This document shows, one piece after another, positions 52,256 to 64,000 of a DNA stretch of 64,000 bases. Position 1 is the first letter of the stretch. Every line of letters starts with the position of its first letter. Origin of the DNA: Balanoglossus misakiensis (lineage: Eukaryota > Animalia > Hemichordata); NCBI GenBank assembly GCA_040954595.2, contig CM082576.2, positions 20,073,028-20,137,027 on the forward strand. The letters run 5' to 3'. A program made the translations under genes and the position numbers. Under the pieces are notes generated by a model, which saw only the letters and a program-made list of their open reading frames with translations, was not told the DNA's origin and did not search any database.

Positions 52256-55200
52256 TCACACTGATGAGGACTGCCGTCTCGACACAGTTTCCTGTGCTAT
52301 CGTTGCCGTTGGTGGTGGAGGTAGGGCCGCCAGGTGAGCAGAAATCCTCCTTGGATCTGTTGCCTCCATAGGTTTTCTTTTCTGCATTCCTTCACGGTCT
52401 TGTAAACGCCTTTCAAGGATAATTCTCTTGATGTCTGTGATGTGTGGGTAGGTTTTTTTCTCTTTCTCTTGGAAGACACTCCATCTGTTGCTTTTTTTGT
52501 TGAAGCGCCTATGAAGCCTGCATCAAGTATAATGATATGATGTAATTCATTCAAATCTACTTGGAAATGTGTCAATACCTAGATTTTAAGTGTTAAAATA
52601 TCTGAACTACTAATTTTTCAATTTGAAGAAAAGAAAGCTATGGTCGTTAATATATTTGAGCACATAATGCTACTAAAGCTGTGAAAAAAATGGCCAATAT
52701 AATGACTATACGTGACCCCAAATCGAGTTATTGTGTGTTAAACTAATTAGTTCAATTTCAACTGCAAGTGCAAAGGACATGTTAATTTTGGCTGATAAGT
52801 AGGTACAACACCAATTCACTACTCATAATAAAAAATACATCAGTAGGAAGAACTTACACAACTTCACCATTCTTTTTCCTCTTGACTGGCCTGTCATTGT
52901 GAACATTGTGGTCTATGGCAGCCAGCCTATTCCTCGCTCTGTACACGGGTGGTGTGTACGCATATCTCTTCCCTGCATACATTAAAATATGCTGTTGGAA
53001 TGTCTCTAGTTCTGCAGTACTCCTGAAAAACATGATGCATGGTAAGAGTTAAATTAAACATTCACATACATGCATAGCTTGTTGGCAAAACTGGTGACCA
53101 CCAGGAAAGTATAAATAAAATGGATACAATAATAGTCATGTAAACTGGATGTGACTCATGTTGATATTGGTCAAATCATACCTGGGAAACACTACCATAC
53201 ATACACCAAATACCAAACTGGATATCATGTACCATGATTTTATAAGAAAGACATAAAATTAATTCAACTCCTTACCTAAAGTTAATCAAGTAATCCACTT
53301 TACTGAGGAATTGCTTGTTAAAAACAATTCTGACCAGGGCATTTGGCAGTAGGCAAGTGCCCACGAATGCTCGTTCACCACATGGTGAACAACACCACAC
53401 CAAAGTCCCTGTAAATAACATGAGAACCGCTTGTTACTGGTATTTTGTTGCAAACTAAGATATGCTGGGATACAGATCTGATAATCTGCAGTTCCATGTG
53501 TTCTCACTAAGCAGGTCAATAGATTTTCATGTGATTAGGAAAAGAAAAAAACAATTTACTTTTCAGTGCGATAATTCAATGTCAACCAACATTTCTCGCA
53601 ACTTCACTTGTAGTATATTTTAACAAAACATTGTATTATACCATCATCGATTGACTTGTGAGATTCACAGCTGCAGCCTTGTGAAAATTTAGATGAGATT
53701 GATGTACAGTAGACAGAATTAATGCATGAGTGATAAGTAGCCCTTGTCTTCAAAAAACATCAAAGGCATACAAATCTCTCCAATGTCTCTTCCTGGAAAG
53801 CCATTTATACAGCAAACAACGAATTATTACGTACCTTAAACTCATCACATGTAGTAGCCTTGCCACAACAGTATCAAAAATGGTTCACAATATGTCGGCT
53901 CCACTGTAGAAGAGCTTTACACTCCTTCTCCTGACCAGCCTGAATAAGGGGAAAACATGGAGCTTCATAGCAACTAAACAGGCCTTTCCTTGAGTCTTAC
54001 GGTTTGATGGCATACATAGAGAGATTTATTCTAAAGCAATGTCATATAGAAAACAGAGCTATTTGGTTATCACAAATGGGAATTGTTGTATGATAGAGTT
54101 CCTGTCTGTCTATTTAAAAAAAATAAGTGACCAAGTCACCGTCAGAATTCCTGCATATCAAAATGAAAATTTAATTGACTCACCTTGATTATTTTTTTCC
54201 CAAGATTTTTGGCAGCATGCCACACATCAAGTGAATGCTTGATATTGCCATATCGGTTTCCTATAAAATTGTGACAAAAACAAGGGTTTATGTGATGTGA
54301 CAAAACAGGCATGCACTTTTTCTATGCACATGGAATAACAATAGTTTTAAAACATATTTGATTGAAAAAATGACACTAATTTTTGAGTAGTCAGGATAAA
54401 AACTGCATTAAAGTTGTATTTAGCTGAGCTTCAAACTTACTCATCAAAGCTACAATCTGGGAATGAGAATCCGTCGTCACTTCAATGACTTTTGCCTCTT
54501 GGGCCAATAGATGGTCCAACGTCTTTTGAAATGCTGCTTTCTCCATCACTGTAGACTTTCTTTCCGTCTGCCTTTTGTCCAATGTTATGATGTCGAGAAT
54601 GTCTTTTGACTCATACTCCATGAACGTATATGAGCAATACTGGGCGCAAAACCCTGGGGAATCCATCCTCCCATCACCTTTCAAAATAAAAGGAAACATA
54701 TGTTTGAGTATTATCGGTATAGTTTTCAACAATACTTAGTATAGGACATTTTTTGTAAACTGATTACTATTTGGCACTAAGAAAATTCATTATGAATATA
54801 CAGAAAGACATGTAGCTGCACCTACTTTGGGGTTACATGGTTTATAATATCAAGTCTCTATTATAATAAGGGAGACTGCTTACAGTTGAGATAATTATGT
54901 CTTTACATAGGTGTCATAAACATTCACATTTCAGGACTGTGATTAACAATTTCAAAACAAACTTATGAAAAACTCTAATATACAAGGATACAGCAATTGA
55001 AATTTGGAACTCTCTAACATGTTTAGGTGCAATGATTTCTTCTTACCCATTATCACAAGTTCTTTGTCGGCATGTTTCCTTACAATTTCCTGCTGATGAG
55101 TCTCCCAATATTGATCAACACTTGGCACCAGGTAATGTCTCTGTATCTTCAAATACGTACTGGAACTGACTATGTTCAGATTCAACATGCTGGCAAACAA

Positions 55201-58120
55201 TGCTATTTTAGTGTAGTTGTTGCCTGACGTGAGAATAGCAGCTGACGTCAATAAATCGCCACTATGAAGCCTTCTGTTAAGGAGAGGTTGAGAGCACCAC
55301 TTGTAAGCCAGGTGGCCAGATGGGCAAACCTAAAAAAATATACATCAAACATCATATAAATATGACTTCCTTTCTACAACTTTGCACAGTTTAACACTAA
55401 GGGATGCACAAAAGCTGGCTGTTAATATTCAGTTCTTTTCTTTTTCAAATTTGTGAGTTTAGAACATAAGGCATGTATGAAACAATATCACTTATCAACA
55501 TTTTCTAAAAAATACACGTACCCATGACAAATACAGAGCTGACCCAACAGACTGAGATGAAATTGTCAGACTTTCGTTGCAATTTCCTTCACGGCACGTT
55601 GACTGTTTCACTGTTTTAGCCAACAAGAGAAGCTGCTGCAGTGATATTAGATAAAACTTCTCCTGAAGGAGGCTGTCAACATCTGTGCCCATTTGCACCC
55701 TCACAATACCAGGAGATATTTCATCTTGTTCATGGGTCTCTTCAGTGTTCTCCTGGTCCTGGTCATCATCACTGTCATCCTCATTCTCCGAGTTTTCGGA
55801 TGCCAGATCCTCTAGGTCCACTCCCCGGGGTCTGTAAAATGAAATTTCAATTAAAGTCAAAGGAAAAAAAATGGGGGGAAATGGGAAGGTAGGCCAGAAA
55901 ATTAAAAATGAAACTTCTAAAAATGAAAATACTCACTGAATGGTTAAATTTATACTGGGTTCATAGTCTGGGTCGTCATCGTCTTCATCAGAACCTTGGT
56001 AATGATCTTGATTCAAATCTCCTGTTATATCTATAGTCACACTGTAGAGTATGATAAGATATGCATGGATGAAAATATAAATGGGAAATCAAACAAAATA
56101 GATTTAACCCAAAAGTTTAAAGCTCCACTAACAATTAATTCTAGGTATTTGTTCAACTTTATAGTACTAATCACTTTGACATTAGTATTAGTTAGCTCTG
56201 TAACTCTGGCAACTTCACAACTTCTCTTCACTCAAAAAATAATGTTTTTAATACAGTTTTGACTAATCTTAAAATGACATGAATCACCAACAATACATAA
56301 TTTTTTTTACATTTGTTGTGGATATAATCTAGCATGTTCCATGTACAAATATGCCCAACATACACTTACTCAAATGGATCTACAAATGATTCAGTCATTG
56401 TGCTCTTTCTTCTTCTGGTTTTATCACTGTAAAATAAATCATTAAAACATTATTGTTATTGTCAAAATTTCTGTCATAACAAACTTAAAATTCAGATGTC
56501 CTGATAAAAACTGCTTCTCATTTTGACCACATGGTACAGAAATTTGTTACATACCTTGTCTTATCTTGTGTCTTGGTTGAGCCAGACAATGCAGGGAGTT
56601 CTTCTATTCCTGACATTTGACTCGTTTCCCTGAAACATTCAAACAAGTTTTAGAAATTGGCACAAATTGTTGTTCACATATTTTGAAACTTGAAAGTAGT
56701 ATTATAATACCCATGTTGACTTGTAGAAAAGTTTGTTATAGTGTTATACGAGCAGACTATAAGGCACAGTATACTCAGTCCAAAAGCAAAAGCTATTACC
56801 ACTACTAGGTCTATGACCATTAAATTGCCAGATTGTCTTGTTATGGACCATAGGTCAAAAAGAACATAAAATGCAATGATTGTAAATAGCAAATGCCTAG
56901 GTAGAGCCCTGAGTAAATGAATAAAAAATCTTACCCATGATCACTGGACACAATTGATGACATCTCTGACATCTCAGACATTCTTGCAATATGTTGTTGG
57001 CCTGCAGTGGGTGTTGAACTTCGAGGATGTTTGGAGGGTCGTTTCCTTTAAAAATACATGTACCCATAAATTATGAAGTTGTACAAACACCAATTTAGAT
57101 AATATTGTTATTCAATCCTGATTTTTCTCTAGTGTCTAAAAGATGAACAGATTTACTTGACTCAAATGTTTGTGTTTGAGATCAAGAGAGCTGCACTTGG
57201 TTTATTTGTGAAGTACAATGTAAATGGATTGTCCCTTTGTTTGCAGGATTGAACCCTGTTTTACATGCATGAACCCATGTTGAACACAAACCTGAACTTC
57301 TTACACACCTGATAACAAGTTAACCGACAATGGTATGGGCGATTTATACAAAACAGGTTAAAAATATTACTTACCCATGACCAGATGAAACTGAAGATGA
57401 GCACGAAATGTCTTGCTGCAATGGCTCAACGCCAACCGTCACATGTGACGAAGCTTGACCACTCGTGCTTGGAACAGGCTGAAATGTAGTACCTTGGTCT
57501 GGGGAGTCCGGTGACTGTTCATTTCGGTTTTTATTGTAACTGTGACAAGATCAGAAATCGAAATATTTTGATCAGATGTTTAACAAATCTTACGGATTTG
57601 AAACCGGCGGACAAAAGAACACGATGGACGAAGATTTAGATGAAGAGTTAAAATGACGATTTACACTTTACACAGTGTGTAAACATTGACATGCCAACAA
57701 AAACTACAAAGGGTTGTTCACTACGTTGACAGTGACGCACCGAACATAGGCGATGTTGTCGTGATTTTGATTCGAGTTTTGGTATTTCCGAACATTTGGA
57801 TGGTCAAAAAATGTCATTTCAAAGGCCAAAATATGACGATCGTTGGATATAGTACATGTACATGTACGTGTATTGCTGATTTGTCCAAGGCATCACCGCA
57901 GTTCGAAAGCCCGTCCTACTTACTAATCAATCAGCTCCTCGGCCAAATCGGGGTTTGAAAGCCCTGTTTCGTCGATTAATTCAATCCATCTATCCATCTG
58001 TCGTCCGATATACACCATGGACCGACGTTTTGTCAAATTGCTTTGTTGCTGTCTCCTCTTCTTCGCCGAGTCTGTCACAGCCGGCCGGCCTGGCCGACGT
58101 TTAGCTGTGCGGGACGCCAT
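52256..58120 (-). pseudogene. Kolobok DDE transposase, 14 exons, ~760 codons, inactivated
   Basis: Hand-spliced GT-AG exons on the minus strand: 58120-57924, 57539-57375, 57045-56935, 56629-56555, 56426-56370, 56041-55937, 55831-55522, 55329-55047, 54677-54441, 54260-54184, 53939-53835, 53408-53276, 53022-52858, 52517-52256. Motifs: GDGRMDSPGFCAQYCSY, VTTDSH, HSLDVWH, STAELETF, RNRLAAIDHN. Lesions: TGA in NHF*YCC (53874-76) and a frameshift in exon 12. Confidence 0.88.
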
Positions 58121-58139
58121 GTTCTCGTGAAGAATTTAC

Positions 58140-58151
58140 TGCGCATGCGCG
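58140..58151. promoter_or_regulatory. NRF1-like palindromic motif TGCGCATGCGCG just upstream of the transposase ATG
   Basis: 11/12 match to TGCGCATGCGCA, 20 bp from the start codon, in a CpG-rich patch inside the right end of the transposon. Motif match only. Confidence 0.35.
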
Positions 58152-61100
58152 AGACTCGCGTTTTCTGTGTAATCTGTGTACTCCTGCCCTGGACGCCGCC
58201 ATAATCGCTTGCCGCAACGTTTTATTATATGTCTTGCTCGTAGTTACGCGTGCGATTTTTGTCGCTGGTCAGATATATGTGTTTATGTACGCTTCAATAA
58301 GTATATCTACATGAGCAATCTTTCATTTGAATGTAAAATAATGAAAATAATGCCCACAGTTACAGCTTAGGTGCCTTTAAGCTATGACGCTATGTCCACG
58401 TCGGCTGTGCAATGGTCCTGTACAGTGACTCTCTATTGGCCCGTGAGCAGAATGGGACCACAATAAAAGACCAAATTTTGGGCTCACCTGTAACACCTGC
58501 TTAACTCATTAATTATGTGCATACCTAATTCCAGGCTAACTAAAACGGCTAGAGGTTTTGTTCTTGTGGGACATGGACCAGTATGGGATCAAAAATTTTT
58601 GCCCAAATTTTGGGTGACCTCAGGTGACCTTTGACCTACTTTCCTATATCTCGGCATCCACAGCAGGTACAGACTTGGCGTTTGGAGGGTTGTGACTAAA
58701 ATTGAAAAGACAAAATTAGGGTTCACCTGTGACACCTGCTTATCTCATTAATTATGTGCATACCTAATTCCAGGGTAGCCAATAGGGCTAGAGGTTTGAT
58801 TTTTGTTGAACATGGACCAGTATGGGGTTAAAATTTCTTGCCCAATTTTGGATGACCTCAAGTGACCTTTGACCTACTTTACCATATCTCGGCAACCAGC
58901 GCAGATACAGCCTTGGCATTTGGAGGCATGGAACTCCTAATGAAGCCTGAAACGTTACCTCATTAATTATGTGCATATCTAATTCTAGGCGAACCAATAG
59001 GGTTAGAGGCCTGATTTTTGTTGGACCTGGACTGGTATGGGGTCAAAAATTTTTGCTAAACTTTCGGATGGCCTCAGGTGACCTTTAACCTACTTTCCTA
59101 TATCTCGGCATCCAGGACAGGTACAGCATTTGTGTTTGGATGGATCGAACTATTGATAGAGTCTTACACTTTACATCATTAATTATGCGCATATCTAATT
59201 TCAGACAAACCAATAGGGCTAGAGGTCTGGTCTCTGTTGGACCTGGACTAGTATGGGGGTCAAAACTTTTTGCCCAAATTTTGGGTGACCACATATGACC
59301 TTTGACCTTCGGCTTAAGCTTGTGCCCGTCATCGCTGCTTGCAGCTATATTTAGGGCCCAAGCCAAGCAGGCTTGGGCCCTATTGGTATTGTTGGCTTTT
59401 TTCTTCTATTTCTTCTTGTGTAGTTTTTTCGGCCAGGTAGATCTGGAGAACGGCTGAACCTACCAATTTCAAACTTAGCACAATGGTGCAGGCCAATGAG
59501 AGCTGGTGCAGTACCCTTGTGAATGTTTAATAAGTCATGTGACCTGATGACTATATATGGGCAAAATTTTCAAATCGGCCTAATTTGCATATGAATTGAG
59601 AAATCAAAATTCTGTTCAGATGCTTTGTGGACCACATGGCCAGGGTTCTACATGCCAAATGTCAAGGCCATAGGCCATGTCAATTTTGAGAAGAAGATTT
59701 TTAAGTATTATTTTTCATATTTTTCGCCCAAGACATGTGCCTATACTTTACATAGTTAAGCTATGACAACATATTATTTTGGATAAATATGCATACATAT
59801 CTCAAAATCTGTTAGGCCGATCATCTCCAACTTTGGTGTGCAGCTAGCCTAGCATTTGTCAATAATTTTAAGCGGAAAAAAATAATATGAAAAATCGACC
59901 GATTTTTTTATATTAATTTTTTTATTAAATTTATACCTTTACTTATACTTCTATGGTTAAGCTATGTCCATGTCTTATTGTGGAATTCTGGTCTGTGCAA
60001 TAGTCTTGTACAGTGACTATCTATTGGTCAGTGAGCACAATGGCACCAAAATAAAAGGCAAAATTTTAGGCTCACCTGTAACACCTGCTTAACTCATTAA
60101 TTATGTGCATACCTAATTCTGGGCTAACTAAGAGGGCTAGAGGTTTCATTCTTGTGGGACATGGACCAGTATGGGGTCAAAATTTCTGGCCCAAATTTTG
60201 GGTGACCTCAGGTGACCTTTGACCTACTTTCCTATATCTCGGCATCCAGAGCAGGTACAGACTTGGCATTTGGAGGGTTGGGACTAAAATTGAAAAGCCA
60301 AAATGGGGGTCACCTGTGACACCTGTATATCTCATTTATTATGTGCATACCTAATTCCAGGCTAACCAATAGGGCTATAGGTTTGGTTTTTGTTGAACAT
60401 GGACCAGTATAGGTTCAAAATTTCTTGCCCAAATTTTGCTTGACCTCGGCTGACCTTTGACCTACTTTACCAGATCTTGGCATCCACAGCAGGTACAGAC
60501 TTGGCGTTTGGAGGGTTGGGACTAAAATTGAAAAGCCAAAATTGGGGATCACCTGTGACACCTGCCTACCTCATTAATTATGTGCATACCTAATTCCAGG
60601 CTAACCAATAGGGCTATAGGTTTGGTTTTTGTTGAACATGGACCAGTATAGGGTCAAAATTTATTGCCCAAATTTTGGGTGACCTCAGGTGACCTTTGAC
60701 CTACTTTCCTATATCTCGGCATCCAGAGCAGGTACAGACTTGGCATTTGGAGGGTTGGGACTAAAATTGAAAAGCCAAAATGGGGGTCACCTGTGACACC
60801 TGTATATCTCATTTATTATGTGCATACCTAATTCCAGGCTAACCAATAGGGCTATAGGTTTGGTTTTTGTTGAACATGGACCAGTATAGGTTCAAAATTT
60901 CTTGCCCAAATTTTGCTTGACCTCGGCTGACCTTTGACCTACTTTACCAGATCTTGGCATCCACAGCAGGTACAGACTTGGCGTTTGGAGGGTTGGGACT
61001 AAAATTGAAAAGCCAAAATTGGGGATCACCTGTGACACCTGCCTACCTCATTAATTATGTGCATACCTAATTCCAGGCTAACCAATAGGGCTATAGGTTT

Positions 61101-64000
61101 GGTTTTTGTTGAACATGGACCAGTATAGGGTCAAAATTTATTGCCCAAATTTTGCATGACCTCAGGTGACCTTTGACCTACTTAACCATATCTTGGCATC
61201 CAGAGCAGATATGCTTATTGCTATGTTGCTATGTGCTATGTACTATGTTGGCTTGGGCCCGCTATTGCTGCTTGCAGCTATATTCTTCTACTTCTTCTTC
61301 TTCTTCTTCTTCTTGTGTCATTTTTTTGTCCAGCTAGATCTTGAAAACGGCTGAACCTACAAATCTCACATTTGGCACAATGGTGCAGGCCAATGAGAGC
61401 TAGTGCAGTACCCTTGTGAATGTTAAATTAGTCACGTGACCTGATGACCATATATGGGCAAAGTTTTCAAATCGACCTAATTTGCATATGAATGGAGATA
61501 TCAAAATTCTTTTAGCAACTTTTGCGGACCATGTGGCCAGGGTTCTACATGCCAAATGTCAAGGCCATTGGCCATTCCAATTTTGAGAAGAAGATTTTTA
61601 AGTATTATTTTTCATATTTTTTACCAAGCTATGGGCCTATACTTTCCATAGTAAAGCCATGACCACATATTATTTTGGATAAATATGCATACATATCTCA
61701 AAATCTGTCAGGCCAATCTTCTTCAACTTTGGTATGCAGCTAGCCTAGCATTTGTCAATAATTTTAAGCGAAAAAAAATAGTATGAAAAATCGACCGATT
61801 TTTTTATATTAATTTTTTTATTAAATAATACCTTTACTTATACCTCTATGGATAAGCTATGTCCATGTCTTATTGTGGAATTCTGGTCTGTGCAATAGTC
61901 CTGTACAGTGACTGTCTATTGGTCGGTGAGCACAATGGCACCAAAATAAAAGGCACAATTTTAGGCTCACCTGTAACACCTGCTTAACTCATTAATTATG
62001 TGCATACCTAATTCTGGGCTAACTAAGAGGGCTAGATGTTTCGTTCTTGTGGGACATGGACCAGTATAGGGTCAAAATTTCTTGCCCAAATTTTGGGTGA
62101 CCTCAGGTGACCTTTGACCTACTTTCCTATATCTTGGCATCCAGAGCAGGTACAGACTTGGCGTTTGGAGGGTTGGGACTAAAATTGAAGAGGCAACACT
62201 GGGGGTCACCTGTGACACCTGCTTAACTCATTAATTATGTGCATACCTAATTCTGGGTTAACTAAGAGGGCTAGAGGTTTCGTTCTTGTGGGACATGGAC
62301 CAGTATAGGGTCAAAATTTCTTGCCCAAATTTTGGGTGACCTCAGGTGACCTTTGACCTACTTTCCTATATCTCCGCATCCAGAGCAGGTACAGACTTGG
62401 CGTTTGGAGGGTTGGGACTAAAATTGAAAAGCCAAAATTGGGGTCACCTGTGACACCTGCTTATCTCATTAATTATGTGCATACCTAATTCCAGGCTAAG
62501 CAATAGGGCTAGAGGTTTGATTTATGCTGACCATGGACCAGTATGGGGTCAAAATTTTTTGCCCAAATTTTGGGTGACCTCAGGTGACCTTTGACCTACT
62601 TTACCATATCTCGGCATCCACAGCAGATACAGCCTTGGCATTTGGAGGGATGGAACTCCTGATGGAGCCTTACACTTTATCTCATTAATTATGCGCATAC
62701 CTAATTGTAGGCGAACCAATAGGGCTAGAGATTTTGTTCTTGTGGGACACGGACCAGTATGGGGGTCAAAATTTCTTGCCCAAATTTCGGGTGACCTCTT
62801 ATGACCTTTGACCTTCGGCTTAAGCTTGGGCCCGTCATCGCTGCTTGCAGCTATATTCTTCTACTTCTTTTTCTTCTTCTGTCGTTTTCTTTGGCGAGGT
62901 AGATCTGGAAAACTGCTAAACCTACCAATTTCAAACTTGGCACAATGGTGCAGGCCAATGAGAGCTAGTGCAGTACCCTTGTGAATGTTTAATAAGTCAT
63001 GTGACCTGATGACCATATATGGGCAAAATTTTCAAATCGACCTAATTTGCATATGAATGGAGATATCAAAATTCTGTTCAGATTCTTTGTGGACCACATA
63101 GCCAGGGTTCTACATGCCAAATGTCAAGGCCATAGGCCATGTCAATTTTGAGAAGAAGATTTTTAAGTATTATTTTTCATATTTTTCGCCCAAGCCATGT
63201 GCCTATACTTTACATAGTAAAGCTATGACAACATATTATTTTGGATAAATATGCATACATATCTCAAAATCTGTTAGGCCGATCATCTCCAACTTTGGTG
63301 TGCAGCTAGCCTAGCATTTGTCAATAATTTTAAGCGGAAAAAAATAATATGAAAAATCGACCGATTTTTTTATATCAATTTTTTTATTAAATTTATACCT
63401 TTACTTATACCTCTATGGTTAAGCTATGTCCATGTCTTATTGTGGAATTCTGGTCTGTGCAATAGTCTTGTACAGTGACTATCTATTGGTCAGTGAGCAC
63501 AATGGCACCAAAATAGAAGGCAAAATTTTAGGCTCACCTGTAACACCTGCTTAACTCATTAATTATGTGCAAACCTAATTCCAGGCTAACCAATAGGGCT
63601 ATAGGTTTGGTTTTTGTTGAACATGGACTAGTATAGGGTCAAAATTTCTTGCCCAAATTTTGTATGACCTCAGGTGACCTTTGACCTACTTTACCATATC
63701 TTGGCATCCAGAGCAGGTACAGACTTGGCGTTTGGAGGGTTGCGACTAAAATTGAAAAGGCAACACTGGGGGTCACCTGTGACACCTGCTTATCTCATTA
63801 ATTATGTGCATACCTAATTCCAGGCTAACCAATAGGGTTATAAGTTTGGTTTTTGTTGAACATGGACCAGTATAGGGTCAAAATTTCTTGCCCAAATTCT
63901 GCATGAACTCAGGTGACCTTTGACCTACTTTACCATATCTTGGCATCCAGAGCAGATATGCTTATTGCTATGTTGCTATGTGCTATGTTGGCTTGGGCCC

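Larger units (their letters stand above)
49191..58376. mobile_element. Full-length Kolobok-type DNA transposon (9186 bp)
   Basis: TTAA at 49187-90 and 58377-80 duplicates the single TTAA of the empty site 'tatagTTAAgctatgacgc' seen in sister repeats (~44256, ~45636, ~47412). TIRs AGGCGCCTAAGCTGCAAC and (reverse complement) AGGCACCTAAGCTGTAAC match 16/18. Two convergent genes (DDE transposase and a Cys-rich KolX) fit the Kolobok definition. Confidence 0.92.
43798..64000 (+). mobile_element. Nested cluster of HINE-like family B elements with 240-bp central repeats
   Basis: 5' hairpin heads TAGGGCMCAAGC-n-GCTTRKGCCCTA at 43798, 43848, 45481, 45532, 45584 (truncated) and 59352. 3' tails GCTTGKGCCC-n-GCTGC.TT.GCAGC-TWTAWT at 45447, 47031, 48808, 59318, 61251, 62824 and 63991 (cut by the window edge). 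Bodies share one core sequence. All junctions are in T-rich runs. Confidence 0.82.

Overview
Eukaryotic, almost entirely repetitive DNA, probably from a marine invertebrate (inferred from the mix of transposon families; not provable here). No ordinary host gene is visible, and nearly all short ORFs in the track are repeat noise. Bases 1-40320 are a compound ~2.05-kb macrosatellite (AT-rich block, poly-C/structured spacer, array of 81-bp GC-rich monomers). It is interrupted by a Helentron-type non-autonomous element (HINE-like family A), a 3'-truncated BEL/Pao LTR retrotransposon, a 1.44-kb inverted-repeat element, and a 5'-truncated CR1-group LINE that itself carries a second family-A copy. 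Bases 40321-43790 hold a ~375-bp tandem-repeat element and a decayed L1/Tx1-like LINE. Bases 43798-64000 are a nested, self-targeting stack of a second HINE-like family (B). Inside that stack sits a complete 9.2-kb Kolobok-type DNA transposon (TTAA duplication, 18-bp TIRs) with two convergent spliced genes reconstructed here by hand: an intact 4-exon KolX/P2X7-ballast-like gene and a 14-exon DDE transposase carrying a nonsense codon and a frameshifting lesion.
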